Program-made: the position numbers and the translations under genes | Assembly (NCBI GenBank): GCA_045601675.1 | Contig: JAZSAB010000004.1 | Span: 1 to 48,217, forward strand | Reading direction: 5' to 3' | From: Faecousia sp. | GTDB lineage: Bacteria; Bacillota; Clostridia; Oscillospirales; Oscillospiraceae | DNA: 48,217 nucleotides | Notes under the pieces: generated by a model | Database searches by the model: none | The model's input: the letters and a program-made list of their open reading frames with translations, nothing else | Told to the model about the DNA's origin: nothing | In this document: in pieces, positions 8,615-17,600 of the stretch | How the letters are laid out: each line of letters opens with the position of its first letter | Position numbering within the stretch: position 1 is the stretch's first letter

Positions 8615-9547
8615 TTACCACAGACTGGACTCGGTAACCTTGCGGGAGAAGTAGTTAGCCAGTACCACGAGCAGAATAGAAATGATACTGTTAAACAAGC
8701 CCACCGCGGTAGAGTAGCTGGACTGTCCGCCGATGATACCCACATCGTAAACATAGGTGCTGAGCAGAGTAGACGCGTCCAGATTCAGAGGATTCTGCAG
8801 CAGGAAGGTCTTCTCAAAGCTGCTACCAAACAAGCCGCCCATTTTCAAGATAAGGATCATGACTACCGTGGGCATAAGGTGGGGAATATAAATGTTGCGC
8901 ACGATCTGCAAACGGTTGGCTCCGTCCACCTTTGCCGCATCCACCAGGTCCAGAGAGATCGAGGACAGTGCGGCAAGATAGAGTATGGTGTCCCAACCCA
9001 AGTTCTGCCACAGGCTGGTAATGACATAAATGGGAGCAAAGTTTTTGGACTCTGCCATAAAGTCCTGGGTTTCGCCGCCGAAGAGTTTTATGATGACATT
9101 GACCACGCCGGTCTCACGGTTCAAAAACATCAGTGTCATGGAACACAGGACCACCGTGGAAACGAAGTGAGGCGCGTATGTAATCATCTGTGTAGTCTTC
9201 TTGAACCAGCCGTTTTTCAGGTCATTAAACATAATGGCGAGAATGATCGGCAGTGGGAATGTAAGCAAACTCACGAGGCTTACCTTCAAGGTGTTCCACA
9301 TGATCTTCCAGAACATAGGGTAAGTCACGAAACGCTTAAAGTGTTTTAGACCCACCCACTTACTTCCGAAGAAGCCCAGTTTTGCCTGGTAATCCCGGAA
9401 GGCGATCTGTACGCCGTACAGAGGGATATAGTGGAAAATAAACATTGTGATCATCGGCACCAGGATCATTAGATACAACTGCCAATGCCGCAGCACTTTC
9501 TTTATAGGGCTTACTCTTACAAGGGTCTGCCCCGGTGCATTACGCAT
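8615..9547 (-). CDS. Carbohydrate ABC transporter permease (LplB-like)
   Basis: WVGLKHF, YAPHFVSTVV, DAAKVDGANR. Confidence 0.9.
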   Translation of the reverse strand: MRNAPGQTLVRVSPIKKVLRHWQLYLMILVPMITMFIFHYIPLYGVQIAFRDYQAKLGFFGSKWVGLKHFKRFVTYPMFWKIMWNTLKVSLVSLLTFPLPIILAIMFNDLKNGWFKKTTQMITYAPHFVSTVVLCSMTLMFLNRETGVVNVIIKLFGGETQDFMAESKNFAPIYVITSLWQNLGWDTILYLAALSSISLDLVDAAKVDGANRLQIVRNIYIPHLMPTVVMILILKMGGLFGSSFEKTFLLQNPLNLDASTLLSTYVYDVGIIGGQSSYSTAVGLFNSIISILLVVLANYFSRKVTESSLW

Positions 9548-9798
9548 TACACATCCGTCCTTTCTCGCTTGCGCTTTCTGCCTCTATGGTATCGAAAAGT
9601 CCCTTGCGCCGCAATAGTAAAAACCGCTTAGGCGGTGTTAATTTCTCACACCTCTCCAAATCTGCCCCAAAACTGATGGTAATTTTTCAACAAGGTATAT
9701 AAAAAACGCCACAGACTCTTCTTGCGCAAAATTTTTTATGATATAATGTATTGGAATTTGGGATAAGATAATGGGATCGAAAGAGAGAGGACACCGCA

Positions 9799-11901
9799 AT
9801 GAAGATGCGAAATAAGAAAAGTATGTTTTGGGAGTACCTGCTGATCTGCACAGCACTGACTCTCATTACCTGCATCAGCTTAGGCGCGCTTTTTGGCACC
9901 TGCTACCTGCGCACCATCAATAACCGCAACCGCCAGGCCCTGGAGACCCAGGCAAGTCACGCGCTGACTGCCCTTGACAATCAGTTAGATTCTATGCAGC
10001 AGCTTGCCTTGCGCTTTTCCACCCAGCGGACCTTCCGTCAGGAGTATGTGACCCAGGATTCTTATACCGCCATTACCACCGCCCAGGCCCTTTCCCAGTA
10101 TTCCTCTTACTGCACCCTTGCAGAACAATTCTGTCTAATCTATCCCACGGGAAAGGAGCAGGTGCTTCTGTTTCAATCCGACGGCACCACCGCAGATCTT
10201 CCCGTATTTTTAAACCGCTACGGTTTTAAGGACTCCGAGCTGATCCAAAGCTTTCTTTTCGAGCAGACCGAGCAGGGGCGGATCTACCGGTCCGTAGATA
10301 CTCTGCTGATCGCCTATACCATTCCCATAAACATCGCCCGTCCGGAAAACCGCTGTGGCATCCTATGCTTTGCGATCCCCCAAAGCAATTTAGAGCAGTT
10401 CGTGCAGCTGTCCAGCGCCCTTTCCACGGAGGAGTACAGCCTGTCCTACAAACAGTGGACACTGATCACCAACACGCTTCCCAAGGACACCGTTACCTGT
10501 TCCAATATGAGCGGCTTCATTCTTCAGGTAGGCATCCCCAACCTGACCCTTATGTCCCTTTTGACCACGACACATGACGTGCTGTGGCTTACTGCCATCG
10601 TGCTGCTTTTGTTCGTCAGTATTTTTGCCCTTGCCTGGAGGCTTTATCGTCCCATTCGCGCCCTTTCCAAAAAATACCCGGCAAAAAGCAGAAAAGACAA
10701 CAAGAACGAGCTGCTCCTTTTAGATCAGCTCATTTCCCAGATCCAAAATCAGTCTGTGCTGTTAGATCAAAAGGCATCCTCCCAATCCGCAATGCTGCGG
10801 GACTATGTTCTGCTAATGCTGCTCAACAATTCCGGCTCTGTGACCATCGCCCAGGACCTTGCCAAGGTGGGCATCCAATTCCCCTACCCCCATTTTGCGG
10901 TCATCACCCTGACTCCCTGCAAGGATCAGCTTTTGACCCAGGAGAATATGGAGACCCTGCAGCAGTGTATCGATGATATTTCCGAAGATGCCGGTGTTCT
11001 GCAGACTGTGGAGTGCAGCAGCCAGTCCCACATACTCGCTATTATTTGTAATATCAAAACCGCACAGGACTACGATCTGATCCTCCAGCGGCTTCACACC
11101 TATCTCAACGCCCAGGTCAGCCGTTTCCTGGTGGGCAGCGGTCCCCTTGCCGACACGCTGGCAGGCGTTTCCGCCTCTTATCTGACCGCCCTTTCCAAGC
11201 TCCGTGAAAGCACCGATTTCCAGCTCCAGGCTCCGGAAGAGCCTCCCCGGGAACTGTTTGCCAATGCAGGCGCTATGGTCAGCCACATCATTTCCCAGAT
11301 CGAACGGGGCGATCACGACCAGGCGCTTTTGGGTCTGGAAGCCTATATGTCCGCCATCGGTAATAATCCGTCGGAGCTGGTCCGTCGCTATAACGCTATG
11401 AACATCACCTGCGCCATCCAACAGCTATGCACCAAGCTGGAGTTCCAGCTTACGGAAACACAGATGGGCATGCTGCTTTCCATGCGTAGTGTGGATACCA
11501 TCCACTTTGCCCTCAAGCAGCTGATCCCCTCCCTGTGTATCTACGCCCAGGCAAAGACCGGCACCACCATTCTCTCCACGGAAAAGCTTGTTATGGACTA
11601 CCTACATCGGTACTTCTGCAACTACGACATCTCCGTGCAGCAGATCTCCGAGGCGGTGGGCATCGGTATCAACCGTGCCAGCGCCATCATCCGTGAGGAG
11701 ACCGGGCACAGCTTCAAAACCGTGCTGACTCAGCTTCGCATCGAGCATGCCAAAAAGCTTCTTTCCGATGGTATGTCCGTATCGGATGTAGCTGACCAGG
11801 TGGGCTACGGCAGCGCCTCCTACTTCATTAAAGTATTTAAGGCATCCGAGGGGATCACCCCGGATGCCTACCGAAAGAATAAACTTTCCCACAAAGCATA
11901 A
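9799..11901 (+). CDS. Membrane-anchored AraC-family regulator (YesS-like)
   Basis: Two TM segments around a sensor region, C-terminal HTH VADQVGYGSASYFIKVFKASEGITP; divergent from the ABC operon. Confidence 0.85.
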   Translation: MKMRNKKSMFWEYLLICTALTLITCISLGALFGTCYLRTINNRNRQALETQASHALTALDNQLDSMQQLALRFSTQRTFRQEYVTQDSYTAITTAQALSQYSSYCTLAEQFCLIYPTGKEQVLLFQSDGTTADLPVFLNRYGFKDSELIQSFLFEQTEQGRIYRSVDTLLIAYTIPINIARPENRCGILCFAIPQSNLEQFVQLSSALSTEEYSLSYKQWTLITNTLPKDTVTCSNMSGFILQVGIPNLTLMSLLTTTHDVLWLTAIVLLLFVSIFALAWRLYRPIRALSKKYPAKSRKDNKNELLLLDQLISQIQNQSVLLDQKASSQSAMLRDYVLLMLLNNSGSVTIAQDLAKVGIQFPYPHFAVITLTPCKDQLLTQENMETLQQCIDDISEDAGVLQTVECSSQSHILAIICNIKTAQDYDLILQRLHTYLNAQVSRFLVGSGPLADTLAGVSASYLTALSKLRESTDFQLQAPEEPPRELFANAGAMVSHIISQIERGDHDQALLGLEAYMSAIGNNPSELVRRYNAMNITCAIQQLCTKLEFQLTETQMGMLLSMRSVDTIHFALKQLIPSLCIYAQAKTGTTILSTEKLVMDYLHRYFCNYDISVQQISEAVGIGINRASAIIREETGHSFKTVLTQLRIEHAKKLLSDGMSVSDVADQVGYGSASYFIKVFKASEGITPDAYRKNKLSHKA

Positions 11902-11937
11902 AAAGCATCCGACACCCATAGGTGTCGGATGCTTTTT
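11900..11937 (+). terminator. Intrinsic terminator
   Basis: AAAAAGCATCCGACACC-CATA-GGTGTCGGATGCTTTTT. Confidence 0.85.
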
Positions 11938-11967
11938 GCAAAAATTTGAAATATTTTCATTTTCTTA

Positions 11968-11996
11968 TTGACAATGTATATTCGCAGGTGTATAAT
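11968..11996 (+). promoter_or_regulatory. Consensus sigmaA promoter heading array block 1
   Basis: TTGACA-N17-TATAAT. Confidence 0.85.
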
Positions 11997-12026
11997 CGCA
12001 TAAAATTCTTACAGGAGGATATGACA

Positions 12027-12125
12027 ATGTTCGGTTTCCGTTATAACGATAACCGCAATGTGTCCGTTAAGCCTATGCTTCTGCATAGTGACGGGCTTAC
12101 ATTGTCATACTCTTTTTTAGGATAG
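12027..12125 (+). CDS. Putative leader peptide 1 (MFGFRYNDNRNVSVKPMLLHSDGLTLSYSFLG, 32 aa)
   Basis: AGGAGG at 12013-12018, 8 nt before the ATG; stop TAG lies in the loop of the perfect stem CTCTTTTTTA (12110-12119)/TAAAAAAGAG (12131-12140). Confidence 0.6.
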   Translation: MFGFRYNDNRNVSVKPMLLHSDGLTLSYSFLG

Positions 12126-12143
12126 GATTATAAAAAAGAGCGC

Positions 12144-12186
12144 AGTGCAAGCCTGGAATTCCTCCCGGCTTGCACTTTTTTATTTT
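12144..12186 (+). terminator. Attenuator terminator 1
   Basis: AGTGCAAGCC...GGCTTGCACT followed by TTTTTATTTT, between the uORF and the first enzyme gene. Confidence 0.75.
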
Positions 12187-12201
12187 GGAAGGGGTGGTAA
12201 A

Positions 12202-12990
12202 ATGGAAACGAAAGAGATTTTGAGAGCGTACTACGAAACTTACGACGAGGACAGCCGTCTGCTCTCCCGCCGGGGAAATGTGGAATTTCTCACCACAATG
12301 CGCTACATTGAGAAATATCTGCAGCCCGGTATGCGTATTCTGGAGATTGGTGCCGCCACCGGCAGGTACTCCCACGCGCTTGCCCGCCGGGGTTACCGGG
12401 TAGACGCGGTGGAATTGATCGAGCACAACATTGAGATCTTCAAAACAAAAACCCTGCCTGGCGAGAACATCACCGTTACCCAGGGTAATGCCAAGGATCT
12501 GTCTTTCCTGCCCGACAACAACTACGATCTGACCCTGATTTTAGGACCGCTCTACCATCTGTTTTCCGAGAAAGAAAAGCTCCAGGCGCTATCCGAAGCA
12601 ATCCGGGTAACGAAAAAGGGCGGTATTGTTTTCGCCGCTTACTGTATGGGCGACCCGTCTATCATGATGTACGGCTTTGGAAAAGGCAAGATCCACGAGA
12701 TTATCGAGCAGTGTATGCTGGACCCGGTGACCTTTGAAACATTCTCCCATCCCTGGGATCTGTTTGAGCTGCACCGCAAGGAAGACATCGACGCTTTACG
12801 CAATCACTTCCCTGTCACCCAGCTCCACTTCCTGGCAACCGATGGCTATGTGAACCACATGCGTGACACCGTGGACGCTATGGATGAAGAAACCTATGAA
12901 CTGTTCCTGCGCTACCACTTCGCCACTTGTGAGCGCCAGGACCTGGTCGGCTACTCCAACCACACCCTTGATATATTCAGAAAAGATTGA
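12202..12990 (+). CDS. Class I SAM-dependent methyltransferase
   Basis: ILEIGAATGRYS motif I, YDLTLILGPLYHL; start re-assigned to METK. Confidence 0.9.
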   Translation: METKEILRAYYETYDEDSRLLSRRGNVEFLTTMRYIEKYLQPGMRILEIGAATGRYSHALARRGYRVDAVELIEHNIEIFKTKTLPGENITVTQGNAKDLSFLPDNNYDLTLILGPLYHLFSEKEKLQALSEAIRVTKKGGIVFAAYCMGDPSIMMYGFGKGKIHEIIEQCMLDPVTFETFSHPWDLFELHRKEDIDALRNHFPVTQLHFLATDGYVNHMRDTVDAMDEETYELFLRYHFATCERQDLVGYSNHTLDIFRKD

Positions 12991-13017
12991 CAGTCATCTT
13001 GTCAGAAAGGAGAAACT

Positions 13018-13782
13018 ATGCTCTTAACGGAATTTGACAAAGATCGGTCCGCGGTCATTGAGCCGTGGATGGTACATAAGCCGGTGGAAAACTTCCCGGA
13101 GACGGTGATTGCCATTTTCTCCCACACCCTCTTTGAATCTATGGTAACGCTCTTGGGCGGCACACCCATCGCAAACACCAAGGATGTGGACGGTCACTGG
13201 CCCATCTACGAGGTCACCTATAAAGGCAAGCGTTTTGCTTTCTGCAAGGCGCGGCTGGGCGCGCCTGCCTGCGTAGGGATCTTTGAAGACATTATCCCCA
13301 TGGGCGCGAAGCGGATCATCCTGTTAGGGAACTGCGGTGTCTTGGATAGCACCATCCAGGATTGCGGCATCATTATCCCCACCCGCGCCATTCGGGACGA
13401 GGGCACCAGCTACCATTACGCCCCCGCCGCAGACTACATAGAGGTAAACCGCAAATACACCGACACTTTTGTCTCTGTTTTGCAGGAATTCGGCTATCCC
13501 TATGTCACCGGCACCACATGGACCACCGACGCTTTCTACCGGGAGACCCGGGGAAAGGTCTCACGGCGCAAGGAGATGGGCGCCATCTGCGTGGAAATGG
13601 AGTGCGCGGCAATGCAGGCGATGTGCGATTTCCGGGGCGTGGAGTTCTTCCAGTTCTTCTACGCCGGGGACAACCTGGATAACCCCACCTGGGACCCCCG
13701 GAGCCTTTCCGGTACATCCCGGCTTGCGGACAAGGAAAAGATCGCCCTGCTGGCATTTGAGCTTGCCTGCAGGATTGCATGA
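13018..13782 (+). CDS. Nucleoside phosphorylase (PNP/UDP family)
   Basis: AIRDEGTSYHY, TWTTDAFYRET, CVEMECAA. Confidence 0.9.
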   Translation: MLLTEFDKDRSAVIEPWMVHKPVENFPETVIAIFSHTLFESMVTLLGGTPIANTKDVDGHWPIYEVTYKGKRFAFCKARLGAPACVGIFEDIIPMGAKRIILLGNCGVLDSTIQDCGIIIPTRAIRDEGTSYHYAPAADYIEVNRKYTDTFVSVLQEFGYPYVTGTTWTTDAFYRETRGKVSRRKEMGAICVEMECAAMQAMCDFRGVEFFQFFYAGDNLDNPTWDPRSLSGTSRLADKEKIALLAFELACRIA

Positions 13783-13786
13783 TAAC

Positions 13787-13812
13787 GGACCGTCGAGGAC
13801 GCCGGTCCCTAC
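13787..13812 (-). repeat. GTAG-type REP-like palindrome
   Basis: Minus strand GTAGGGACCGGCGTCCTCGACGGTCC: GTAG tetranucleotide followed by a GGACCG/CGGTCC stem. Confidence 0.6.
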
Positions 13813-13829
13813 AATAGGAGGAAAAGAGA

Positions 13830-14378
13830 ATGAATGCACTGATCGACATCACTGGTATCACATTAACGACCCAGCGGCTTACGCTGCGTCCCTGGCGGGA
13901 AACCGACCTTGCGGACTTTTACGAGTACGCCCGGGTAGACGGCGTAGGACAATTGGCAGGCTGGCTGCCCCACGAGAGTACGGAAACCTCCAAAAGGATC
14001 TTGGACGGCTTCATTGCCGGCAAGAAGACCTTTGCTTTAGAATACGAGGGCAAGGTCATCGGCTCTTTGGGCATCGAAGAATACCGGGAAGAAGACCGCC
14101 CGGAGCTTTGCTATCAGCGGGGTCGCGCCATCGGCTATGTACTCTCCAAGGATTACTGGGGCAAGGGTCTGATGACCGAAGCCGTAAAGGCGGTCATCGA
14201 ATACTTATTCCGGACAGTCCGGTTGGATTTTATCGTCATCAGCCATTTTCTGCGCAACGATCGGTCCCGCCGGGTCATTGAAAAATGCGGCTTCACCTAC
14301 ACCGGTGACGGCATCCACCAGACCCGCTACGGCACTACGGAAGAAGTCAAGGAGTACATCCTCCGCCGGAAAAATTGA
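13830..14378 (+). CDS. GNAT acetyltransferase (RimJ/RimL-like)
   Basis: TQRLTLRPW, IGYVLSKDYWGKGLMTEA, NDRSRRVIEKCGF. Confidence 0.9.
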   Translation: MNALIDITGITLTTQRLTLRPWRETDLADFYEYARVDGVGQLAGWLPHESTETSKRILDGFIAGKKTFALEYEGKVIGSLGIEEYREEDRPELCYQRGRAIGYVLSKDYWGKGLMTEAVKAVIEYLFRTVRLDFIVISHFLRNDRSRRVIEKCGFTYTGDGIHQTRYGTTEEVKEYILRRKN

Positions 14379-14403
14379 CATCCCACGCCCCCGGTGGTAT
14401 GAT
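14375..14403 (+). promoter_or_regulatory. Internal sigmaA promoter overlapping the upstream stop codon
   Basis: TTGACA-N17-TATGAT with TG extension; the TGA stop is part of the -35 box. Confidence 0.65.
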
Positions 14404-14438
14404 GGACGTATTCTACCGCCTGACCTGAGGTGTCCACA

Positions 14439-14975
14439 ATGAAGCGTATTTTGATCGTCGGCAGCAACGGCGCCGGTAAGTCTACCTTTTCCTATCGGCT
14501 TGCAGAGCTGACCGCACTTCCCCTGGTGCATCTGGATAAGCTCTACTGGTCTGACAATTGGACCGTAACACCCCGGGAGGTCTTTCTTGATTCCCTGCGA
14601 AGGGAAGCCGAAAAGCCCGCCTGGATCATCGAGGGAAATAACCTCTCTTCCCTGCCGGAACGGCTCAAGCTTGCCGATACGGTCTTTTGGTTTGAATTTC
14701 CGCCGGTACGGTGTGTTTGGAATATTCTGTGCCGAGAGATTCGCTACTTTGGCAGAGCACGCCCGGACATGCAGGAGGGCTGCAAAAGCCGGATCGATCC
14801 TAAGTTTTTGAAGATTGTTTGGAACTATAACCGAAAAAACCGCAGCCGGATCCTTGCCTGCCTGCAGGCATCAAATCACGCACAAATCATTCATTTTACA
14901 AACTATAAACAAGTACGAACCTATTTGGAGGAACTTTCGAGTGAATTATCAAGACATCAACGCCCAGGTCATTGA
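14439..14975 (+). CDS. P-loop kinase (adenylate kinase-like / 'topology modulation' family)
   Basis: ILIVGSNGAGKST, VHLDKLYW, WIIEGN. Confidence 0.8.
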   Translation: MKRILIVGSNGAGKSTFSYRLAELTALPLVHLDKLYWSDNWTVTPREVFLDSLRREAEKPAWIIEGNNLSSLPERLKLADTVFWFEFPPVRCVWNILCREIRYFGRARPDMQEGCKSRIDPKFLKIVWNYNRKNRSRILACLQASNHAQIIHFTNYKQVRTYLEELSSELSRHQRPGH

Positions 14976-15690
14976 CCGCTGGATCGAGGAGGGCTGGGAG
15001 TGGGGCGTGCCCATCACCCATGAAATTTACGAAAACGCAAAAAATGGCGGCTGGGATGTGGTGCTTACCCCTACAAAGCCCGTCCCCCACAGCTGGTTTG
15101 GAGATCTTAAGGGCAAAAAGGTGCTGGGTCTTGCCAGCGGCGGCGGTCAGCAAATGCCTATTTTTGCCGCGTTGGGCGCGGAATGCACCGTTCTCGATTA
15201 CTCGGAAAAGCAGCTGGAAAGCGAGCGGCTGGTCGCAAGCCGGGAGGGTTATGAAATCGAAATTCTCCGGGCGGATATGACAAAGCCTCTCCCCTTCCCG
15301 GACGAAAGCTTTGACCTTATTTTCCACCCTGTTTCCAACTGCTATGTGGAAAAAGTAGAGCCGATCTTTATGGAGTGTTTCCGCATTTTGAAGCACGGCG
15401 GTGTGCTTCTGTGCGGTTTGGGTAACGAGGTCAATTACCTGGTAAACGAGGACGAGGAAGTTATCAGCAACACCATGCCCTTTAACCCCCTCCAAAACGA
15501 AAAGCAGCGAAAGCAGCTGGAAGACGAGGACTGCGGTATGCAGTTTTCCCACAATATGGAGGAGCAGCTGGGCGGTCAGCTGAAAGCCGGCTTTACGCTC
15601 ACTGATCTTTACGGCGACACCAACGGCGAGGGTCGCCTCCACGAAATGAATGTGGAGACCTACATCGCCACCCGGGCAGTAAAGCCCTAA
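14941..15690 (+). CDS. Class I SAM-dependent methyltransferase
   Basis: GTG start with GGAGG SD at 14927-14931; VLGLASGGGQQ, FDLIFHPVSNCY. Confidence 0.9.
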   Translation: MNYQDINAQVIDRWIEEGWEWGVPITHEIYENAKNGGWDVVLTPTKPVPHSWFGDLKGKKVLGLASGGGQQMPIFAALGAECTVLDYSEKQLESERLVASREGYEIEILRADMTKPLPFPDESFDLIFHPVSNCYVEKVEPIFMECFRILKHGGVLLCGLGNEVNYLVNEDEEVISNTMPFNPLQNEKQRKQLEDEDCGMQFSHNMEEQLGGQLKAGFTLTDLYGDTNGEGRLHEMNVETYIATRAVKP

Positions 15691-15703
15691 GACAAATTGG
15701 AAA

Positions 15704-15732
15704 TTGACAAACACTCTGCAGGGTGCTATGAT
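15704..15732 (+). promoter_or_regulatory. SigmaA promoter heading array block 2
   Basis: TTGACA-N17-TATGAT with TGn extension. Confidence 0.8.
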
Positions 15733-15766
15733 GTTTCCATAATTTTGAAAGAAAGGAGTAAATACT

Positions 15767-15835
15767 ATGCTGTATACCAATTATGTATATCTCATAAATA
15801 GCGGAAGTTTTGCTCCTTGTACCTTTGCCTGCTAA
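15767..15835 (+). CDS. Putative leader peptide 2 (MLYTNYVYLINSGSFAPCTFAC, 22 aa)
   Basis: AAGGAG at 15753-15758; stop TAA lies in the loop of CTTTGCCTGC (15823-15832)/GCAGACAAAG (15839-15848). Too short for the ORF track. Confidence 0.6.
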   Translation: MLYTNYVYLINSGSFAPCTFAC

Positions 15836-15859
15836 TATGCAGACAAAGCCGTGTAACGC

Positions 15860-15899
15860 AATGGCGCAAGCTTCACGCTTGCGCCATTTTTGTTTTTTT
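15860..15899 (+). terminator. Attenuator terminator 2
   Basis: AATGGCGCAAGC-TTCAC-GCTTGCGCCATT followed by TTTGTTTTTTT. Confidence 0.8.
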
Positions 15900-15944
15900 G
15901 TGACGCACCGCTTGCGTCCCTATCTACTATGAGAGGATACGAAA

Positions 15945-16490
15945 ATGTTAGAAAAAGCAGAATCCGAATTGCTAATTTTGCGTAAAGTGCTTCCCTCGGA
16001 TTTGGAAGCCATTGCGCAGTATCGTGCCGAGTTTTTAGAAAAAGGCGGCAGTATGGATGGTTGCTCCAATCTGCGGCGCTATGAAACTATGGACGAATGG
16101 TACGATTGGATTAAAAAAGCAGAACATAGGGAAACCTGTCCCCCCAATTGGGTGCCTGACACGCAGTTCATCTCTGTTCGTCGCTCCGACAGCAGAATTG
16201 TGGGCATGCTGGATATTCGCCACGAACTGACGGAAGCTATTTTGAATCTCTTCGGCAGCATCGGCTACAGTATCCGCCACAGCGAACGGAGAAAAGGCTA
16301 TGCCACAATGCAGTTAGGTCTGGCAAAGACCATTTGCAAAAGTATGGGTATGAAAAGGATCTTGGTTACCTGCCATAAGGAAAACCTCGCTTCCGCTAAA
16401 ACAATTCTAAAAAACGGCGGTGTTTTGGAAAACGAAGTTGTGGACGAACGAAATGGCGAAGTCCTGCAGCGGTATTGGATCACACTATAG
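15945..16490 (+). CDS. GNAT acetyltransferase
   Basis: GSIGYSIRHSERRKGYAT, ENLASAKTILKNGG. Confidence 0.9.
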   Translation: MLEKAESELLILRKVLPSDLEAIAQYRAEFLEKGGSMDGCSNLRRYETMDEWYDWIKKAEHRETCPPNWVPDTQFISVRRSDSRIVGMLDIRHELTEAILNLFGSIGYSIRHSERRKGYATMQLGLAKTICKSMGMKRILVTCHKENLASAKTILKNGGVLENEVVDERNGEVLQRYWITL

Positions 16491-16511
16491 AGTATTTGGG
16501 GAGGTGCTCCT

Positions 16512-17600
16512 ATGAAACACGAAAAATCCTGCGGAGCAGTAGTATTTACCCGCGTTGACGGAGAAATCAAATATGTACTTGCCCAAGCTTCGGGCGGACA
16601 CTACGGCTTTCCCAAGGGTCATGTGGAAGAAGGCGAAACCGAAACGGATACCGCGCTTCGAGAGATCTTTGAGGAAGTCCATCTGCGGCCGTCTTTTCTT
16701 GCGGGATTCCGGAAAATAAGTACGTATTACATCCCCGATTGGGACATACAAAAGCAGGTCGTCTTCTTCCTGGGACAATATGAAGACCAGGCGATCATCC
16801 CTGCAGAAAACGAACTATTAAGCGCCCCACTGGTAAGCTATGAAGAAGCGATGGTGCTTTTAACCCACGAGGAAAACAAAAGGATCTTAAAAGCGGCACA
16901 CAATTTTTTATCTGCAAGACCCTACTATTCCGCTTACGATGACCGTTACCGCCAAGTCCACGGACAAGACCTGCAGTGGTTCTATGATAACCCGACCCAA
17001 ATTGTCATGCAAACCATCAAGGATTTCGGAATCAACCACAAAAGCAAGCTGTTGGAGATCGGATGCGGAGAAGGTAGAGATGCCCATCCCCTGCTGAAGG
17101 AGGGTTTTAATCTGCTGGCGACCGATGTATCTGACGCAGCAATCCGCTTTTGTCAAAAGAAGTTCCCGGAATTTGCTTCACGCTTCCAAGTGCTGGATTG
17201 CGTAGCAGGCGAGCATCCCGAAATGTTCGACTTTATTTTCGCGGTAGCTGTGGTGCATATGCTTGTAACGGATGCAGACAGAAATGCCTTTTACCGTTTC
17301 ATCCGGGAGCATTTGACCGACAATGGAATCGCGCTGATCTGCACAATGGGCGATGGGCAGACGGAGCGGCAAACAGACCCTCGCACCGCCTTCCATCTGC
17401 AGGACCGCATTCACGAGCAGACAGGCAAAGCCGTTCAAATCGCAAGTACATCCTGCCGTATGGTCACCTTTGAAACGCTGAATAAAGAGCTGATCCGGAA
17501 CGGTCTTGCGGTGCTTAAAGAGGGCATTACCTCTGTCCCACCCGATTTTTCGCAACTCATGTACGCTGTTATCAATGCCAACAAGGAGAAGTTGCTATGA
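16512..17600 (+). CDS. NUDIX hydrolase (Ap4A-hydrolase-like) fused to a SAM methyltransferase
   Basis: EKSCGAVV and Nudix box GFPKGHVEEGETETDTALREIFEE, followed by LLEIGCGEGRDA. Confidence 0.85.
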   Translation: MKHEKSCGAVVFTRVDGEIKYVLAQASGGHYGFPKGHVEEGETETDTALREIFEEVHLRPSFLAGFRKISTYYIPDWDIQKQVVFFLGQYEDQAIIPAENELLSAPLVSYEEAMVLLTHEENKRILKAAHNFLSARPYYSAYDDRYRQVHGQDLQWFYDNPTQIVMQTIKDFGINHKSKLLEIGCGEGRDAHPLLKEGFNLLATDVSDAAIRFCQKKFPEFASRFQVLDCVAGEHPEMFDFIFAVAVVHMLVTDADRNAFYRFIREHLTDNGIALICTMGDGQTERQTDPRTAFHLQDRIHEQTGKAVQIASTSCRMVTFETLNKELIRNGLAVLKEGITSVPPDFSQLMYAVINANKEKLL

